Of a stretch of DNA of 64,000 nt, positions 42,800-55,212 are shown one piece after another (positions within the stretch are counted from its first letter, which is position 1; each line of letters opens with the position of its first letter). The translations under genes and the position numbers were made by a program. The stretch is from Vicugna vicugna (Eukaryota). The stretch covers positions 6,634,302 through 6,698,301 of the forward strand of contig MU058065.1 of assembly GCA_013265495.1 (NCBI GenBank), written 5' to 3'. A model generated the notes under the pieces. The model was not told the origin of the DNA, did no database searches, and saw nothing but the letters and a program-made list of their open reading frames with translations.

Positions 42800-44512
42800 C
42801 CTCAAGATGGATCATAGTCTTAAATGTAAATATAAAACTCAAAAACTTTTAGAAAAAAAACGGGGGAAAATCTTCAGAATCTAGGACCAGACAAAGACTT
42901 GTTAGACTTGATACCATAAGCATGATTTATAAAGGGAAAAACTGATAAATTGGACCTCATCAAAATTAAAAACTTATGCACTGTGAAGGACTCTGTTAAG
43001 AGGATGAAAAGACAAACTAAAGACTCAGAGAAAAATATTTGCAAACAATACATCTGACCAAAGACCAGTACCTAGAAGTAAGAAAGTCTGTTAAAACTTG
43101 AGTGAAAAACCAAACAATCCAATGAGAAATGGGCAAAAATCACAAACACTCATTTCACCAGACAGGATGTACAGATGGCAGACAAACATATGAAAAGATG
43201 TTCAGCATTATTAAACATTAGGGACAGGGAAATTAGATCATAATGAGATATCATTGCACCCCTATCAGAACTGCTAAAATAAAAAATAGTCACAATACCA
43301 AATGTTGGTGGGGATGTAGGGGAGCTAGATCCCTCATATGTTGCTGGTGAGAATGTAAAATGGTACAGACACTCTGGAGACAGTTTGGAAATTTCTTTAA
43401 AAATTAAAATGCAACTACTATATGATTCACTCTAGGCACTTCGTATGCATTTTTTCCCCAGAGAAATGATGATTTATGTTCACACAAAAATCTGTACAGA
43501 AACTTTTATAGCAGCTTTATTCATAATAGCCCAAACCGGAAACAACCCATACTGTCCTTCAACAGATGAATGGTTAACCAAAGTATGGTACATCCATACC
43601 ATAGAGTATACTATGGTATTCACACGATATATATATGTATAGTATAGTATACATTTATCCCAGAGAAATTAAAACTTATGTTCACACAAAACCCTGTATA
43701 TAAGTGTTTATAACAGCTTTATTTGTAATAGTCAAAATCTAGATTCAGCGATGTTCTTCAACAGGAGAACTGTTAAACTCACTGAAATACAAACCACCAA
43801 TTACTACTCAGCAGTGAAAGGAACAAACTAATAACATACAGTAACTTGGATAAATCTCCAGGTAATCATGCTAAATAAAAAAAGTCAACCTGAAAAGGTT
43901 ACGTATTGTACTATTCCATTGTATAACATTTTTGCAATGGCAGAATTTTGGAAATGAAGGTTAGATTAGTGGTTGCAGTTAGTAGAGATGGGTGAGGTCG
44001 GGGGTAGAGAGAGAGGTGTGTGTGATTCTGAAAAAGTAACTTGAAAGATCCTTGTGGTGTTGAAACTATTCAGTACCCTGACCTTGGTGGAGTATACACA
44101 AACATACACATTTACAATATACTATACAGAACTTAATACACACGCATGTGAGTATAAGTAAAATGGGGGAAATCTGAAAAAGATCAGTGGACTGTGTCAA
44201 TATTACTATTCTGGTTTATTGAAAGCAGAGATTCAAACAGATACTTGTACACTCATGTTCTGAGCAACATTTTTCACAATAACCAAACGGTGGAAACAAC
44301 CCCAATGTCCATCAACAGATGAATAAACAAAATTTGCTATAGCCATCAATGGAATATTATTCAGCCTTTAAAAAGGAATGAAATCCTGATACATGCTATC
44401 ATATGGATGAACCTTGAAAACATTATGTTAAATGAAATAAGCCGGATGTCAAATGACCACTATGGTGTGATTGCATTTACATGAGGTACATAATGTAGTC
44501 AAATTCATAAAT
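42800..44512 (+). mobile_element. Old L1 ORF2-end/3'UTR fragments (L1MC/MD- and L1MB-like) between SLC11A1 and CATIP
   Basis: GATAAATTGGACCTCATCAAAATTAAAAAC, GAATGTAAAATGGTACAG, CAACAGATGAATGG and similar L1 phrases. No intact ORF. Confidence 0.85.
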
Positions 44513-45798
44513 ATGACAGAGATTCAGAAGGTCATATCTGCACCTTCCAAGGGCATTACCAGCCCTGTTTTATTGTTTTGTTTTTGTTTTTGTTTTTTGC
44601 TGTCAAATGTCAAAATGTAAAATTCTTTTTGTAGGACTCCGTCAATCTATAACACTGCTTTTAGTTTATCTGCCCTCATGGTTTCTGAGGGAAAGAAAAA
44701 ACTCAGAAACAGGCCGGCATTCAGGTATTTGCCTAACCCACATTTCAAGGTCTCTCAGTCTCCCAGATAGTGGGCAACACTTTAGTTGGGGTCCCAGACC
44801 CTTCACAGTCTCATTCTGAACCCCTTGCAGGGGCTCAGACATTCCATGTTCCCTCCCTCTCGTCTCCAGGCCTTTGCACATGCTGCTTCCTCTCCAAACA
44901 TCCTCCACATCCTCTGCCTGGCAAAGAGCCTCTTGTCATTCAGGATTCAGCTGTGGTGTGACCCCTTCCAAGAAGCCTCCCTTGATTTCTCCAGGGCCAG
45001 GTTGTGTGCTCCCTCAGCACAATGCCGTCCTCATCTACCTGGGCACCTTACAGTAGTGAATCTGCTGTCAGTGACAATGCATTAGGGATCCAGGGAGTTT
45101 CTGGTTGCCTGGGGAAGGGGAAAGACAGGATACAGCCAAGCCTATTCTGGTATCTAAAGCAGGAAGGTGCCTCTTTTCTGTTCTGGGATCTATCTCCAGA
45201 GATGTGCATCTGATCTCTTTATCAGAGTGGATCCCCATAGGGACCCGAGCCAGACTCCCCGGATCTAAATCCTGGTTCTGCCACTAACCAGTTATATGGC
45301 CTTGGCTTTAACTTTTCCTTCATCTGTAAAATGGGTATGTTAACAGAACCTACCTCATAGGGGTGTTGTGAGAATCACATGAATTATCATGTGTAGAGGG
45401 ATTAGCATTAGTAAGTGCTGTATAGGGTTTGCTCTTATTACTATTCCTTTCCCTCTGCCTCCCTGGGCTCTCACAGTAGGTCAAGGCCACATCAAACAAC
45501 CTAATGTTGCAGGTATATGTTTCCTTCTTAGCACTTTCCATGGTCTACATTTACACATTCATCCATGGGACCCTTGACAGATGTCTCTTCCCTTCTAGTC
45601 TGACCATGTGCCATGTAGGTGGGGCCTGGCTCTGATGCTCACACAGCATCCCCACATCCTAGTCCAGTGCCTGGCAATTCAGAAGTGCTCCATGTCTGTT
45701 TTTATTTTCTTCTGAGAAATATATATCTTAGTATTATGGAGTAAGAAGAGGGTCATCAAAGCTCTGGGGACAAATGATATGATCTAAAAAACTAGTTT

Positions 45799-45935
45799 TG
45801 GGGGGAGGGTGTAGCTCAGGCAGTAAAGTGCATGTGTAGCATGCATGAGGTCCTGGCTTTAATCCCCAATACCTCCTCTAAAAACAAAACTAATTACCTT
45901 CTCCTGCCTAAATAAATAAATTTAAAAATCATTTT
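45799..45935 (+). mobile_element. tRNA-Ala-derived SINE (vic-1-like)
   Basis: GGGGAGGGTGTAGCTCAGG...GCATGCATGAGGTCCTGG head and CTAATTACC tail. The flanks AAAAACTAGTTTTG and AAAAACCTAATTTTG are similar to each other. Confidence 0.85.
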
Positions 45936-46700
45936 AAAAAACCTAATTTTGAAATAAATGTCACAGAGCAGGTAAGGAAGTGGCAGACTTACTTTTCCCA
46001 AGTCACCTGATTCAAGAGTGCTCAGCCACGGAAGGCTGCCTATGGGTTGGATGGTACTTCCCTTCCAGCCTTTCCTGACTGCTGCAGAGTATCGGAACTG
46101 GATGGGGCTCTCACAATCTTTATAGGAACATTCTGGGTGCATTGGGCTGAGTCAGTTTCCATTCTCCATGGATGAAGAGAACTTGCCAGGGCCTAGGAGG
46201 CCCTCTAAGACCCAGCCCTCCTTTCCTCACTGTGGCTGAGCACCCTCTTTGCCAGCTCCTCCTCCCCCCTCCTCACTGGAGTCTCACTGACTTTCAGTCC
46301 CCAATATGTCTTGTTTAGAGCCTTTGCACTTGCTGTACCCTCTGCCTAAAATGCTTTTCCCGCAGCTCTTCACAGGTCTGACTCCTTATAATTCAGATCC
46401 CAACTCAGCTGAGACACAAGACAGGCCCTCCCTGACCTCTCCACCCTCAACCCTCCAACCCTGAGTCACTTTCTACCAATGACTTGACCTTCATTGTTTT
46501 CAGAAATGTCTGAAATTTCACATAAGAAATTATCTTTTGTGTTTATTGTTTATCTCCCCATGCTACCTGCAAGTACCATGAAGACAGGGACTTGGTCTTG
46601 TCCCTGCTGATCTCCCAGTGCTTAGAATAGCCCTGGCACATGGAAGGAGACCAATATTTGTTGAGCTGATTGCCTGATTGAATGAAAAGAACTTATCCTC

Positions 46701-46880
46701 TAGAGCTGTTGTGGTCCATTCTGGTAGCCACTAGCCACATATGGCTATTTAAATTGAAATTAATTAAAATTCAAGTAGAATTTCAGTTCTTCAGTTACAT
46801 TAACCACATTTCTAGTGCTCAGTGGCCACATGTGACTAGTGGTTGCTATATTGGATACTGCAGATAGAGAATATTTCCAT
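46701..46880. mobile_element. MER3-like hAT-Charlie MITE
   Basis: GGTAGCCACTAGCCACATATGGCTATTTAAATT...GGCCACATGTGACTAGTGGTTGCTATATTGGA, with internal inverted symmetry. Confidence 0.75.
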
Positions 46881-47629
46881 CAGTAAAGCCTTGTACATTT
46901 TTGGCCCACTCCATTAGACTGCAAAGCTTCTCTGGAGTCCCTCAACTCCTAGCAGGTCCAAGGAATGGACAGATGGAGGGGTGGAGCCTGCATGCCCATT
47001 ACCAGCTGCTTTCAGGGGAGCTTGCCTTAATATTTGTTACTGAACTGTGATCAGTATTAAGCAGAAACAGTTCTGGGCCAGAACTGACAACAAGCAAGGA
47101 TCCTAAAGGAGGTGATGATCACCTGCTCATCCTTTTTCTTAGGGTGCCAGTAAGGGGCTTCCCCATCATGCAGTTTGGGGGTTCCTTGTGTCCTTGGGAA
47201 CCAGGAGGAAACAGGTGGCGTGTGAGAGCTGGAGGAGGGAAAGAGGGGGGTGCCGTGGTTGGAAAGCTTCGGAGGAGATGAGCAAGGCCAGTGGTGAATC
47301 AGATCCCTTCCTCATCAGCCCCTCCCCACATCATCTGCTCTTTCTCTTAGGCAGGGGAGTGGACAGTTAAGCTCTGTGGAATTCATAATGATTCTGAGTG
47401 CCAAGAAGCCCTGCCCCTCCATTCTGGCTAACCTAGTGACTAAAAGTGTAGGTTTGGGGAATCCAAAGTCCAGTTTGAATCCTGCTTCCCACTTGCTAAC
47501 TCAGTTACTTAAACTTTTTGTGTCTCTATTTTCTTAACTGTAAAAATAGGGATATTGATCATAACGACATCTAGGAAGAAAGGCGTTAAATCGCTGGATA
47601 AACCGAGTTTACGGTTCCTATTTTTAGCC

Positions 47630-48100
47630 TAAGACGCGAGATGCTGGCCAAGGAAGGTTCCGGCAGACAGCAGAGCCGCGGGGAGGCCCCGGATTTATTC
47701 CCATAGAAACCGCAGGGCTGAAAGCGCGCCTCCCGGGTGTGTCCCGCCCGAGTCCGAGCCCAGCCTCTACCGCCTACGGGGCCCCCGCCCGCCTAGCTCC
47801 CTGCCTGGTCCTCCTCGCCATCGATGCACTCCAGGTCCAGCGCGCGGAAGGGGCTGGGTCGATTGGAGGAGCGCAAGGTCGGAGTTGGCGGGCGTCGCTT
47901 TGCGAAGGGGCCGAAATATTCGGCGGCGAAGGTGACCACGTCGGCCGGCTGGCGCAGCAGCAGGAAGAGCAGGAAGTCGGAGATGAGCGCCTGGGCCTCG
48001 GGATGGAGCCGCAGATAGCTGCTGTGGCTGAGGCGGAGCTCCTCCTGGCGGGGGACCAAGCCTGAGCCAGACCCGGGATTCCCGCATCCCAGGAGTCTCC
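47630..48100. promoter_or_regulatory. CpG island over the CATIP last exon and 3' end
   Basis: Dense CpG through the last exon and beyond the poly(A) signal, against a CpG-poor flank. Confidence 0.7.
47694..47699 (-). terminator. CATIP polyadenylation signal AATAAA
   Basis: Minus-strand AATAAA about 95 nt after the CATIP stop codon. Confidence 0.7.
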
Positions 48101-51100
48101 CCTGCTTAGCTCCATCGAGGGCTTAGGAACACTCAGGGGTGTGCGTTTCAACCAGGCAGAAAAAGAAATCATTAAGGGTGGAATTTATGCCCAGGGCATG
48201 GGGATGGGGAGGATGCGGACCTCAGGCTGGCTGCAGCACCTCCTCACCTTCCGGTCCATGAACCTCGAGTAGAGCTCCATGTCCTCCTCCCACAACAGGG
48301 GCTTCTTCTCAAATACTGGGCGCGGCTCAATATCATCTGGGTGGGGAGGGAGGAAGGCTGTGTATTACCACCCCAGAACTGTCCTTTGATATAGAGGGAT
48401 GCTCAAGGTCACCCAAATTGCTGGCTCAGGTAAAACCCCAGGGTTCTATCCACAAGGGCCGAGTTGCTGGAAGGGGTTCCCAGCAAAATGATAATTGCCT
48501 AATTGCCTTGGGGACAAGGGCTAGAAAGCAAAGTTTCACCATCTGATTTCTAGCTCCCATCCCACTTATAGAACACTCAATCCAGCCCCTGCACCCAAGA
48601 AGGCTCCAGGTTTCCCCACCCCTTGTTCACTGTCCCACTAGCCAGAAGCTTCACTCACCCTCTTCCCTCAAGATGGGCACCTTAGTGACCATGCAGCAAC
48701 CAGGGGAGCCCACCTGGATCCTCTTGGCCAGGTGCCTGGAGTGCAACAACAAAGAAGGTGTGAGTCCTCCTAGACCAGCCTACTTCCTGAAGGATGTCCT
48801 GGGGCCCTCCCTTTATTGCTATCTCCCCCGCCCCCCAACTTGTCTTTGAGTTCCAGGATCCTGTTCATGTCTAGATCCCCAGATAATGGCTCCTGCTTTT
48901 CAAACTGGGTTCTTTAAGGTGTGTGCCTGTGTACAAGGGTTAGACTGAGAACTTTAGGGGTGTAAGCACTAAAAAAACATGAGCCTCCTGCTGTGTGCTA
49001 TAATCAAAATAGAAACAACAAGCTAAATTATGAAATAAAGAATGCCAATGATGTTCTGATTACTGTTTTTTCCAGTATAGTGACTCTGTCAATACTTCTT
49101 TGGAAATCTCAAGAAACAAATGCTTCTCCCTGAATTTTCTTAGGATTTGATGCCTGCACTTTACTGGTGACAGCTTGGCAGTATGCCAGGATGCCTCCCC
49201 CAGAACGTTGATTTTATTGAGTGCTGAGTTGTTCAAACCTTGGTGTTTTTCAGTGTCACACCCACACCTGTGGCAGCTGCTTTACCTATGCCTTAGGGCC
49301 TGTGGAGTCGGCGTTGGCTGCCCCAGCCATTCAGGGCTCTTTGGTGAGGTTTGTGAGGCATTGTCAGGATCAGAAAAATGAGAATATGTAAAGAAAGGGT
49401 GAATGATGTGGATAAAGCAGGGAGACTCAGATCTCAACAGCAACTCTCCTGGGTGATGTCCCCAGAAACAGGAGTCTCCCTTTGCCACATCCCCACCGGG
49501 TGGTTGAGGTCCTGGGCTTGTGCTCAATATTGCCCCCTTGGCCCCACCATCAGTAGCTCACCCATCAGAGAGCAGGTAAAACTGGCAGGACATGGGGATG
49601 CCCTTCTCCGAATGTACAGTCTGCTCCACAATGAACACTTCCACCTGCTGATGGCCCACCTGGATCGTCTGGGAGCCTAGGGCTTGCTGGCAGCAACCAA
49701 AATGGAAGGAGGGAGGTGAGGTGGAGGCCCACCAGGGTCTCCCCCCACACCTCACTCTGGCCCTTTTCTCCATCTTGCAGCTTCATTGCTTGTTCACTAT
49801 TGATATTCAACCCTTGGCTGTCCAGACCCTCAGGCATCCGAGATTTAAGTTGCACCGTCAAGTTAAGTTGGGATCCCCTTATAAAGAGCCAGATCCACCC
49901 TGCTGCTCCAGCCCCTCCCCTTGCTACCTGGATGACCAAGTGCTTCCAGCTGGCAGATTCTCTAACAGGGATGACCAGTTAGGTGTGAGTGTGTCGTGGA
50001 GGGGTGGGAGCTGGGCTATTTGAGGGGAAGAGAGGTAGTGAGGCTCTGAAGAGGAACTAGACAGAAATTTGTGGCTTCCTCAAGCCCACGCAGGCTGCCC
50101 TGTTGTAATTAAAACTCAAACCCTTGTTATGACCACAGCCATAGGGAGAAAATTGCTAACATAAGACTCATGTTTCAAAGAAAATGGGGGGGAAATGGCA
50201 TGTGCCTATTTGTGTCAAACACATTGCTGTTTGTCGTTTGTCTAGTCTAGTCTAGAAAAGACTAGAATGTAGTTTACAAAATTGGTCAAATCAGCACCCA
50301 GCGTGTGTGTTCAGAGGCATAGCTTCAAGATCACATATTGCAGGATGTCCTAAGTATGTTGATGATGAAATCTTAGCCAAAAGAAAAGAAAAAAGAGCAC
50401 CCTTCAGGGTTGAGACATAATGAAATAATATTTAAGTGCAGTTGGAGATGTTGTATTTCCTGATGTTAAAGAAGGTGTCTTTAAGAGTAGCCCCCCACTA
50501 GGTTTATTTTTCCTGGACTGACTTTTGTGCAAAAAGCATAGCTTTCTTCCACGGCGCCCACTTTTTGGTCCCTCTCACTCATTCTACCTGCCTCACACTT
50601 GAACTTCTCTCTAACAGATGCAGTCTTACTTTCTCCTGCCATTGAAGTCTCACCTCCATGCCCTGGTTTTAACCCCACCCTCTCTTCCTCCACAGCTGTC
50701 TTTTCTCCCACCTCAGCATCCTCCATGCCCCTTCTAGTTTGCCCCAGGCCAAGCCCCCAACCCAGGGAGACCACTTACATAAGTGGAATAGCAGAGTTTG
50801 CCCTCTGTGTCCAAGGCCAGGAAACGGGCATTGCTGGGCACTGTCTGCCGCCAGGCCATCACCCTCAGCAACACCAGGTTGGCAGCCTCGGAGACGAAGC
50901 CCGCAATTGAGTGCCAGGGGAAAGAAGTCACTTCAGTCTTCACTTCCTGTTCAGGACAAATCTGAGTCAGGGGCCTTGAGCCAGGAACTGGGTGGGGAGC
51001 TTGAACAAGCCAGGCGGTGAGCATATGGTCTAGTCCATATGGTCCCCAGTCCAGGCTCCTAGCTGGACCCAATCTGTCCTCTGTGCCTGGTTCCAAAGAT

Positions 51101-53273
51101 GATGTAGATTATGCCTCCCACCTGGCTCTCATCCTTACCTCGCCCTCCTTGACAATTCTGGTCATGGCCAGCTGATCATCCTGCTTCAGCAAACTCATCT
51201 TCCGTTCCATGGGGAGGATGGGGAACTAAGGGCCAGAGTATGGAGGGGAGAATCAGGGACTCACTGGACTGTACACAGACAAGATCTCCCAGAGGTCACC
51301 TTGTCCATTCTCCTTTACATATGAGAAAACTGAGGGGAGATTTGGGTAGAAAACCTTCCATATATGGCGAAGTTCAAGAATAGAAGTCATATTATGGTAC
51401 AACATAAAGTTAAAAAGCAAAGGCACTTCAGAATACAGATTTTAAAAGGGGGGTGGGTATAGCTAAGTGGTAGAGTGCGTGCTTAGCATGCATGAGGTCC
51501 TGGGTTCAATCCTTCATTCCTCCAGTTAAAATAATAATAGTAATAATAAATCTAATGACCACCCCCTCTAAAAAAAACCCAATAAATAAAAATAAAAGAT
51601 GGGCACGGTATCTGCGGGAAGATTATAAAGCACAAGTGGTTTCATTTCAGAAGTCAAATGGGTCACACATTCCAGAAGTTAGTGAAGTGGTTGGGACTGG
51701 GTGTTGGGGGCACAGAGCAGGAGAATTTGGAGGTAAGGTGGTGACAAGCTGTTGGGAAAGGCCAGGCTCTGGGTGAGGCCTATCCACATGGCCTCCAGGG
51801 AGATGCCGGGCACTCGGGCTGGAGGAGAACCAGGGTGGGATGGACCCAGGAATTGTGTATCAGGAAAGAGTTATCAAAAGCAACCCACTGCTGACCTCCA
51901 GGACCCTGGACAGATTGGTTCCCAGGTTGTGTGTGGTTGCAGGGGAACTGGGATGAGTGGGGATGACATTCCTCTGAGCCCCCTCTTTGTCTCTCATCCC
52001 CAGGGTCTCACCCTGGATTGAAATCAAGGCTGGGGACCCTAGGAGGTACCTTGATGAACTCCTGATTATGTTGTTCCATGGGCTCCAGTTTCCATGACAG
52101 GTAGCCTGGGAGGAGGGAGGTGAATGCTGCTGTCACAGGAGATAGGGCTGGAGATTGCAGGAAGGAAGTGTGGTGGCCCAGGCTGGGGGACTCAGGTGTA
52201 GGGTGGCCACAGGGTAAACTAAGCAGTGCTTTTACCTTGAGGCTGTGATTAACCCCCCTGTCACCCCCATGTCTCATGCACTCTCTTTGCTTCATTCTAG
52301 TCCCAAGGTGAGGTCAAAGGGTTGGTCCTGAGTGAAAGTTCTGGGAGTGTCAGGGGGAGGGGGGTAGGGCAGTGGGGAAGGATGAGGGTGGAGGGTGTCA
52401 GGCAGCAGAAACTCTACCCAGAAGGGAGTTTCCACAGAGTATGTTGTCCATGAAGCCTCGGCTAAAGGCATGCACGAAGAGGCAGCGTGACATGACGCCA
52501 AATTTGTCCTTGTGTTTCCCCACCTGCACCTCGATGGTCAGTTCTCCCTGAGGCTGCCCTGTGTCCGAGACCATGACCAGAGCCTCCGAGAAGAACAGCA
52601 TCAGCAGCTCCTCCTGCCCTGGGGGTGAGGGTCCAATGGGGACAGTTAAAGTCTCAGCTTTTAGACCTCAACTCTCTGCCCTCCTGGTTACCAGTGCCTC
52701 CAGAGCATCCACCCAGCCCCTCTTCACTCCACGTCTCCCAGGCAGCCCCGCCTCCCCTCCACTGGCCTCTACAGCAGCCAGTAGGTGAAGACCCCCTTGC
52801 CGCCCACTAATCCCCACCATGTCCCTGGGGTCTTCCCTTGAAGAATATCAACAAATAGACCTCATGCCCTTTCTGAGTCCCAGGAGAATCAAGGCTGAGA
52901 GAGACGAGGGCTAGGTCTGGGCCTTCTCTCTTCCCTCTCGTCCACACTGGTGCCCACCCGCTCCGCCTCCACTGCCCAGGCTCACGGAGGGAGTTGAGGA
53001 AGTGGATGGCTTCAGCATTGGCCTCTGGGGGTGCCAGACTCTCTTGGGCTGAGGGCTGGTGGCCTTTGGCTTTGGAGCCTATGGAGGAAGAAAAGGCTGA
53101 GATGGTGGACCCTGGGGAGAAGGACAAGGTGGGGCAGGCGTCCCAAGAGCAGAATCCTCCAGGGCCACCCCTGGGTGGATTGTGAGGGAGAAGATCACCT
53201 CCTCTTTCCAGTGCACCCCCCCTCCCCACCCCTCAGCCCTCTTCCCACCTTTGGACTGAACTTTGGAGGACAT
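47793..53273 (-). CDS. CATIP: Ciliogenesis-associated TTC17-interacting protein (C2orf62), complete, 390 aa
   Basis: Exons 53249-53273 (MSSKVQSK), 52986-53078, 52418-52618, 52050-52105, 51139-51225, 50779-50946, 49562-49686, 48659-48735, 48248-48336, 47793-48044 (TAG). Total 1173 nt with consistent phases. The C-terminal [35 protein letters not shown] segment is RIIa/Dpy-30 D/D-like. Syntenic position fits. Confidence 0.95.
51448..51598 (+). mobile_element. tRNA-Ala-derived SINE (vic-1-like) in CATIP intron 4
   Basis: GGGTATAGCTAAGTGGTAGAGTGCGTGCTTAGCATGCATGAGGTCCTGGGTTCAATCC followed by an A-rich tail. Confidence 0.85.
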
Positions 53274-53305
53274 GCTGCTTGCTGCTACCCGGTCTGTATC
53301 CAGCT

Positions 53306-53319
53306 GTCTCCATGGCAAC
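53306..53319. promoter_or_regulatory. RFX X-box at the CATIP promoter
   Basis: GTCTCCATGGCAAC matches GTHNYY-AT-RRNAAC and lies about 33 nt upstream of the CATIP ATG. X-boxes are typical of ciliary gene promoters. Confidence 0.8.
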
Positions 53320-53639
53320 CAGGAGCTAGCTACCGCCTCTTAAAGGGCCAGCAACCTACTTCACTGAACACCCAGACCTTGGAGGAAATGATAGGAACTG
53401 TGGCTTCTGGGGCTCAGCCCAAGCCTGAGATATTGTCCAGCAGAGTGAGCACTTGACATTCTTAAGAGGCAGGGGGATGACATGGGTCATTAGAATGACC
53501 TTAGAAGATGTGGCCCTGAGTCTGACACCACCTTTCACGCACAGAATCCAATTAGATGCCATGTGAATAGCCTACATATCGTGGTCCTAACACATAACAG
53601 TGATACTGCCAGTAATGACAATCACAGCAGACCCTTAAA

Positions 53640-53850
53640 CTACACTTACCCTCTACCAGGCACTGTTCCAAAGAGCTTCACATATGTTAGCTCTAATCTT
53701 CAGACTAAACCTGTGATCAGGAGATTTTTTCCCCCTCAACTTTATGGCTAAGAAAACTGAGGCACTGAGAGGTTCAATGTCTTCTCAAGGTCACACAGCT
53801 AATAACTGGCAGAGCCAGGACACAACCCAAGGCAGTTTGGTTCCAGAGTC
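53640..53850 (-). mobile_element. MIR SINE (one of many MIR fragments; others near 4370, 31960, 36270, 45240, 55900, 57130, 61070)
   Basis: MIR core GAAAACTGAGGCACTGAGAGGTT...CAAGGTCACACAGCTAATAACTGGCAGAGCCAGGA. Confidence 0.75.
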
Positions 53851-53975
53851 AGAGAGAATTCAAGGGAATATGAAGCAGCAAATAGATGATGCATTGGATC
53901 CAAGCAAGTGGTAACGTAACATGGGTAGTGATTAGAGAAAAAAGACTTGAAAATTGAATTATGGTATGACTCAAA

Positions 53976-55212
53976 TACACTGTAGGTGGGAATGTAAATT
54001 GGTACAGCCATCATGGAAAACAATATGGAGGCTACTACATGGCCCAGCTATTCCGCTCCTGGGCACATACCGGAGAAAGACAAAAACATTCATTAAAAAA
54101 GATACAAACACCCTGCTATTAACAGCAGCACCACTCACAATTGCCAAGACACGGAAGCATCCTAAGTGCACACCAATAGATGAATGGATAAAGAAGACAT
54201 AGCATATATATGCAACAGAATACAGCTCACAAAAAGAAGGATATTTTGCCATTTGTGGCCCTTCATTTGCTTTTTTTTGCTCTTCAAAAACCAGAATTTT
54301 AAAACTGGCATAAACATTTCCATTGCATCAAAAGCAACAAAATACCTAGAAATAACCCTAACCAAGGAGGTTGCCTATACTCTGAAAACTGTAAAATACA
54401 GATGAAGTAAACTGAAGATGATACAAAGAAATGGAAAGATATCTTGTGTCCTTGGATTGGAAGAATGAACATTATCAAAATGGTGAGTGTTAATTTTGAA
54501 AAGCCAAAGTGAATTTTGAATAAGCCTTGCTCTGCACGTGAGCCCCAGTTAGTGGCATTAAGAAACTGAAAATTGCTTTGGGAAGTAGTTTGTTAGTTCC
54601 TCAAAATGTTAAACATGGAGTTACTATATGACTCAGCAATTTCACTCGTGGGTATATACCCAAGGGGATTGAAAACATCTGTTCACACAAAAATTTATGC
54701 ACAGATGTTCATAGCATCATTATTCGTAATAGTCAAAAAGTGGAAACAACACAACTGTTCATCAACTGACAAATGGATAAACAAAATGTAGTGTATGTGT
54801 GTATATATATATAAAAATATTAGTCAGCCTTAAAAAGGAACAAAGCACTGATGCCTGATGCGATATGGCTGAACCTTGAAAACACCTTGAGTGAAAGAAG
54901 CCAGTCATAAAAGACCATACGTTGTATGATTCCATTTATATGATTAAATGTCCAGAATAGTCAAATCTATAGCGGCAAAAAGGAGATCAGTGGTTACTTG
55001 GTGTGGGGGTAGTGTGGGGTGTGGAAGCAGGGAGTGACATCAAATGGGCATGGGGTTTGTTTTGGGGGTGCTGAAAATATTCTAAAATTAGATTGCAGGG
55101 ATGATTGCAAAACTGTGTATATACTAAAACTCACTTTAAAACTGTATACTTTAAAAGAGTGAATTTTATGTAATGTAAACTATATCTCAATAAAGTTGTT
55201 AATAAAAAATGG
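53976..55212 (+). mobile_element. Cluster of L1 fragments upstream of CATIP
   Basis: ORF2-like pieces at about 53976-54250 (HCRWECKLVQPSWKTIWRLL) and about 54325-54482 (KYLEITLTKEV), then an old L1M 3'UTR at about 54575-55212. Confidence 0.8.

Noticed and set aside
43450..43780. Imperfect direct duplication (CCCAGAGAAAT...TATGTTCACACAAAA...CAGCTTTATT)
   Set aside because: It lies within an old L1 3' region, where such internal duplications are an ordinary subfamily feature.
50100..50490. AT-rich stretch with TCTAG repeats in CATIP intron 6
   Set aside because: Probably a decayed DNA-transposon fragment. I could not support any ORF, terminal repeats or family assignment.
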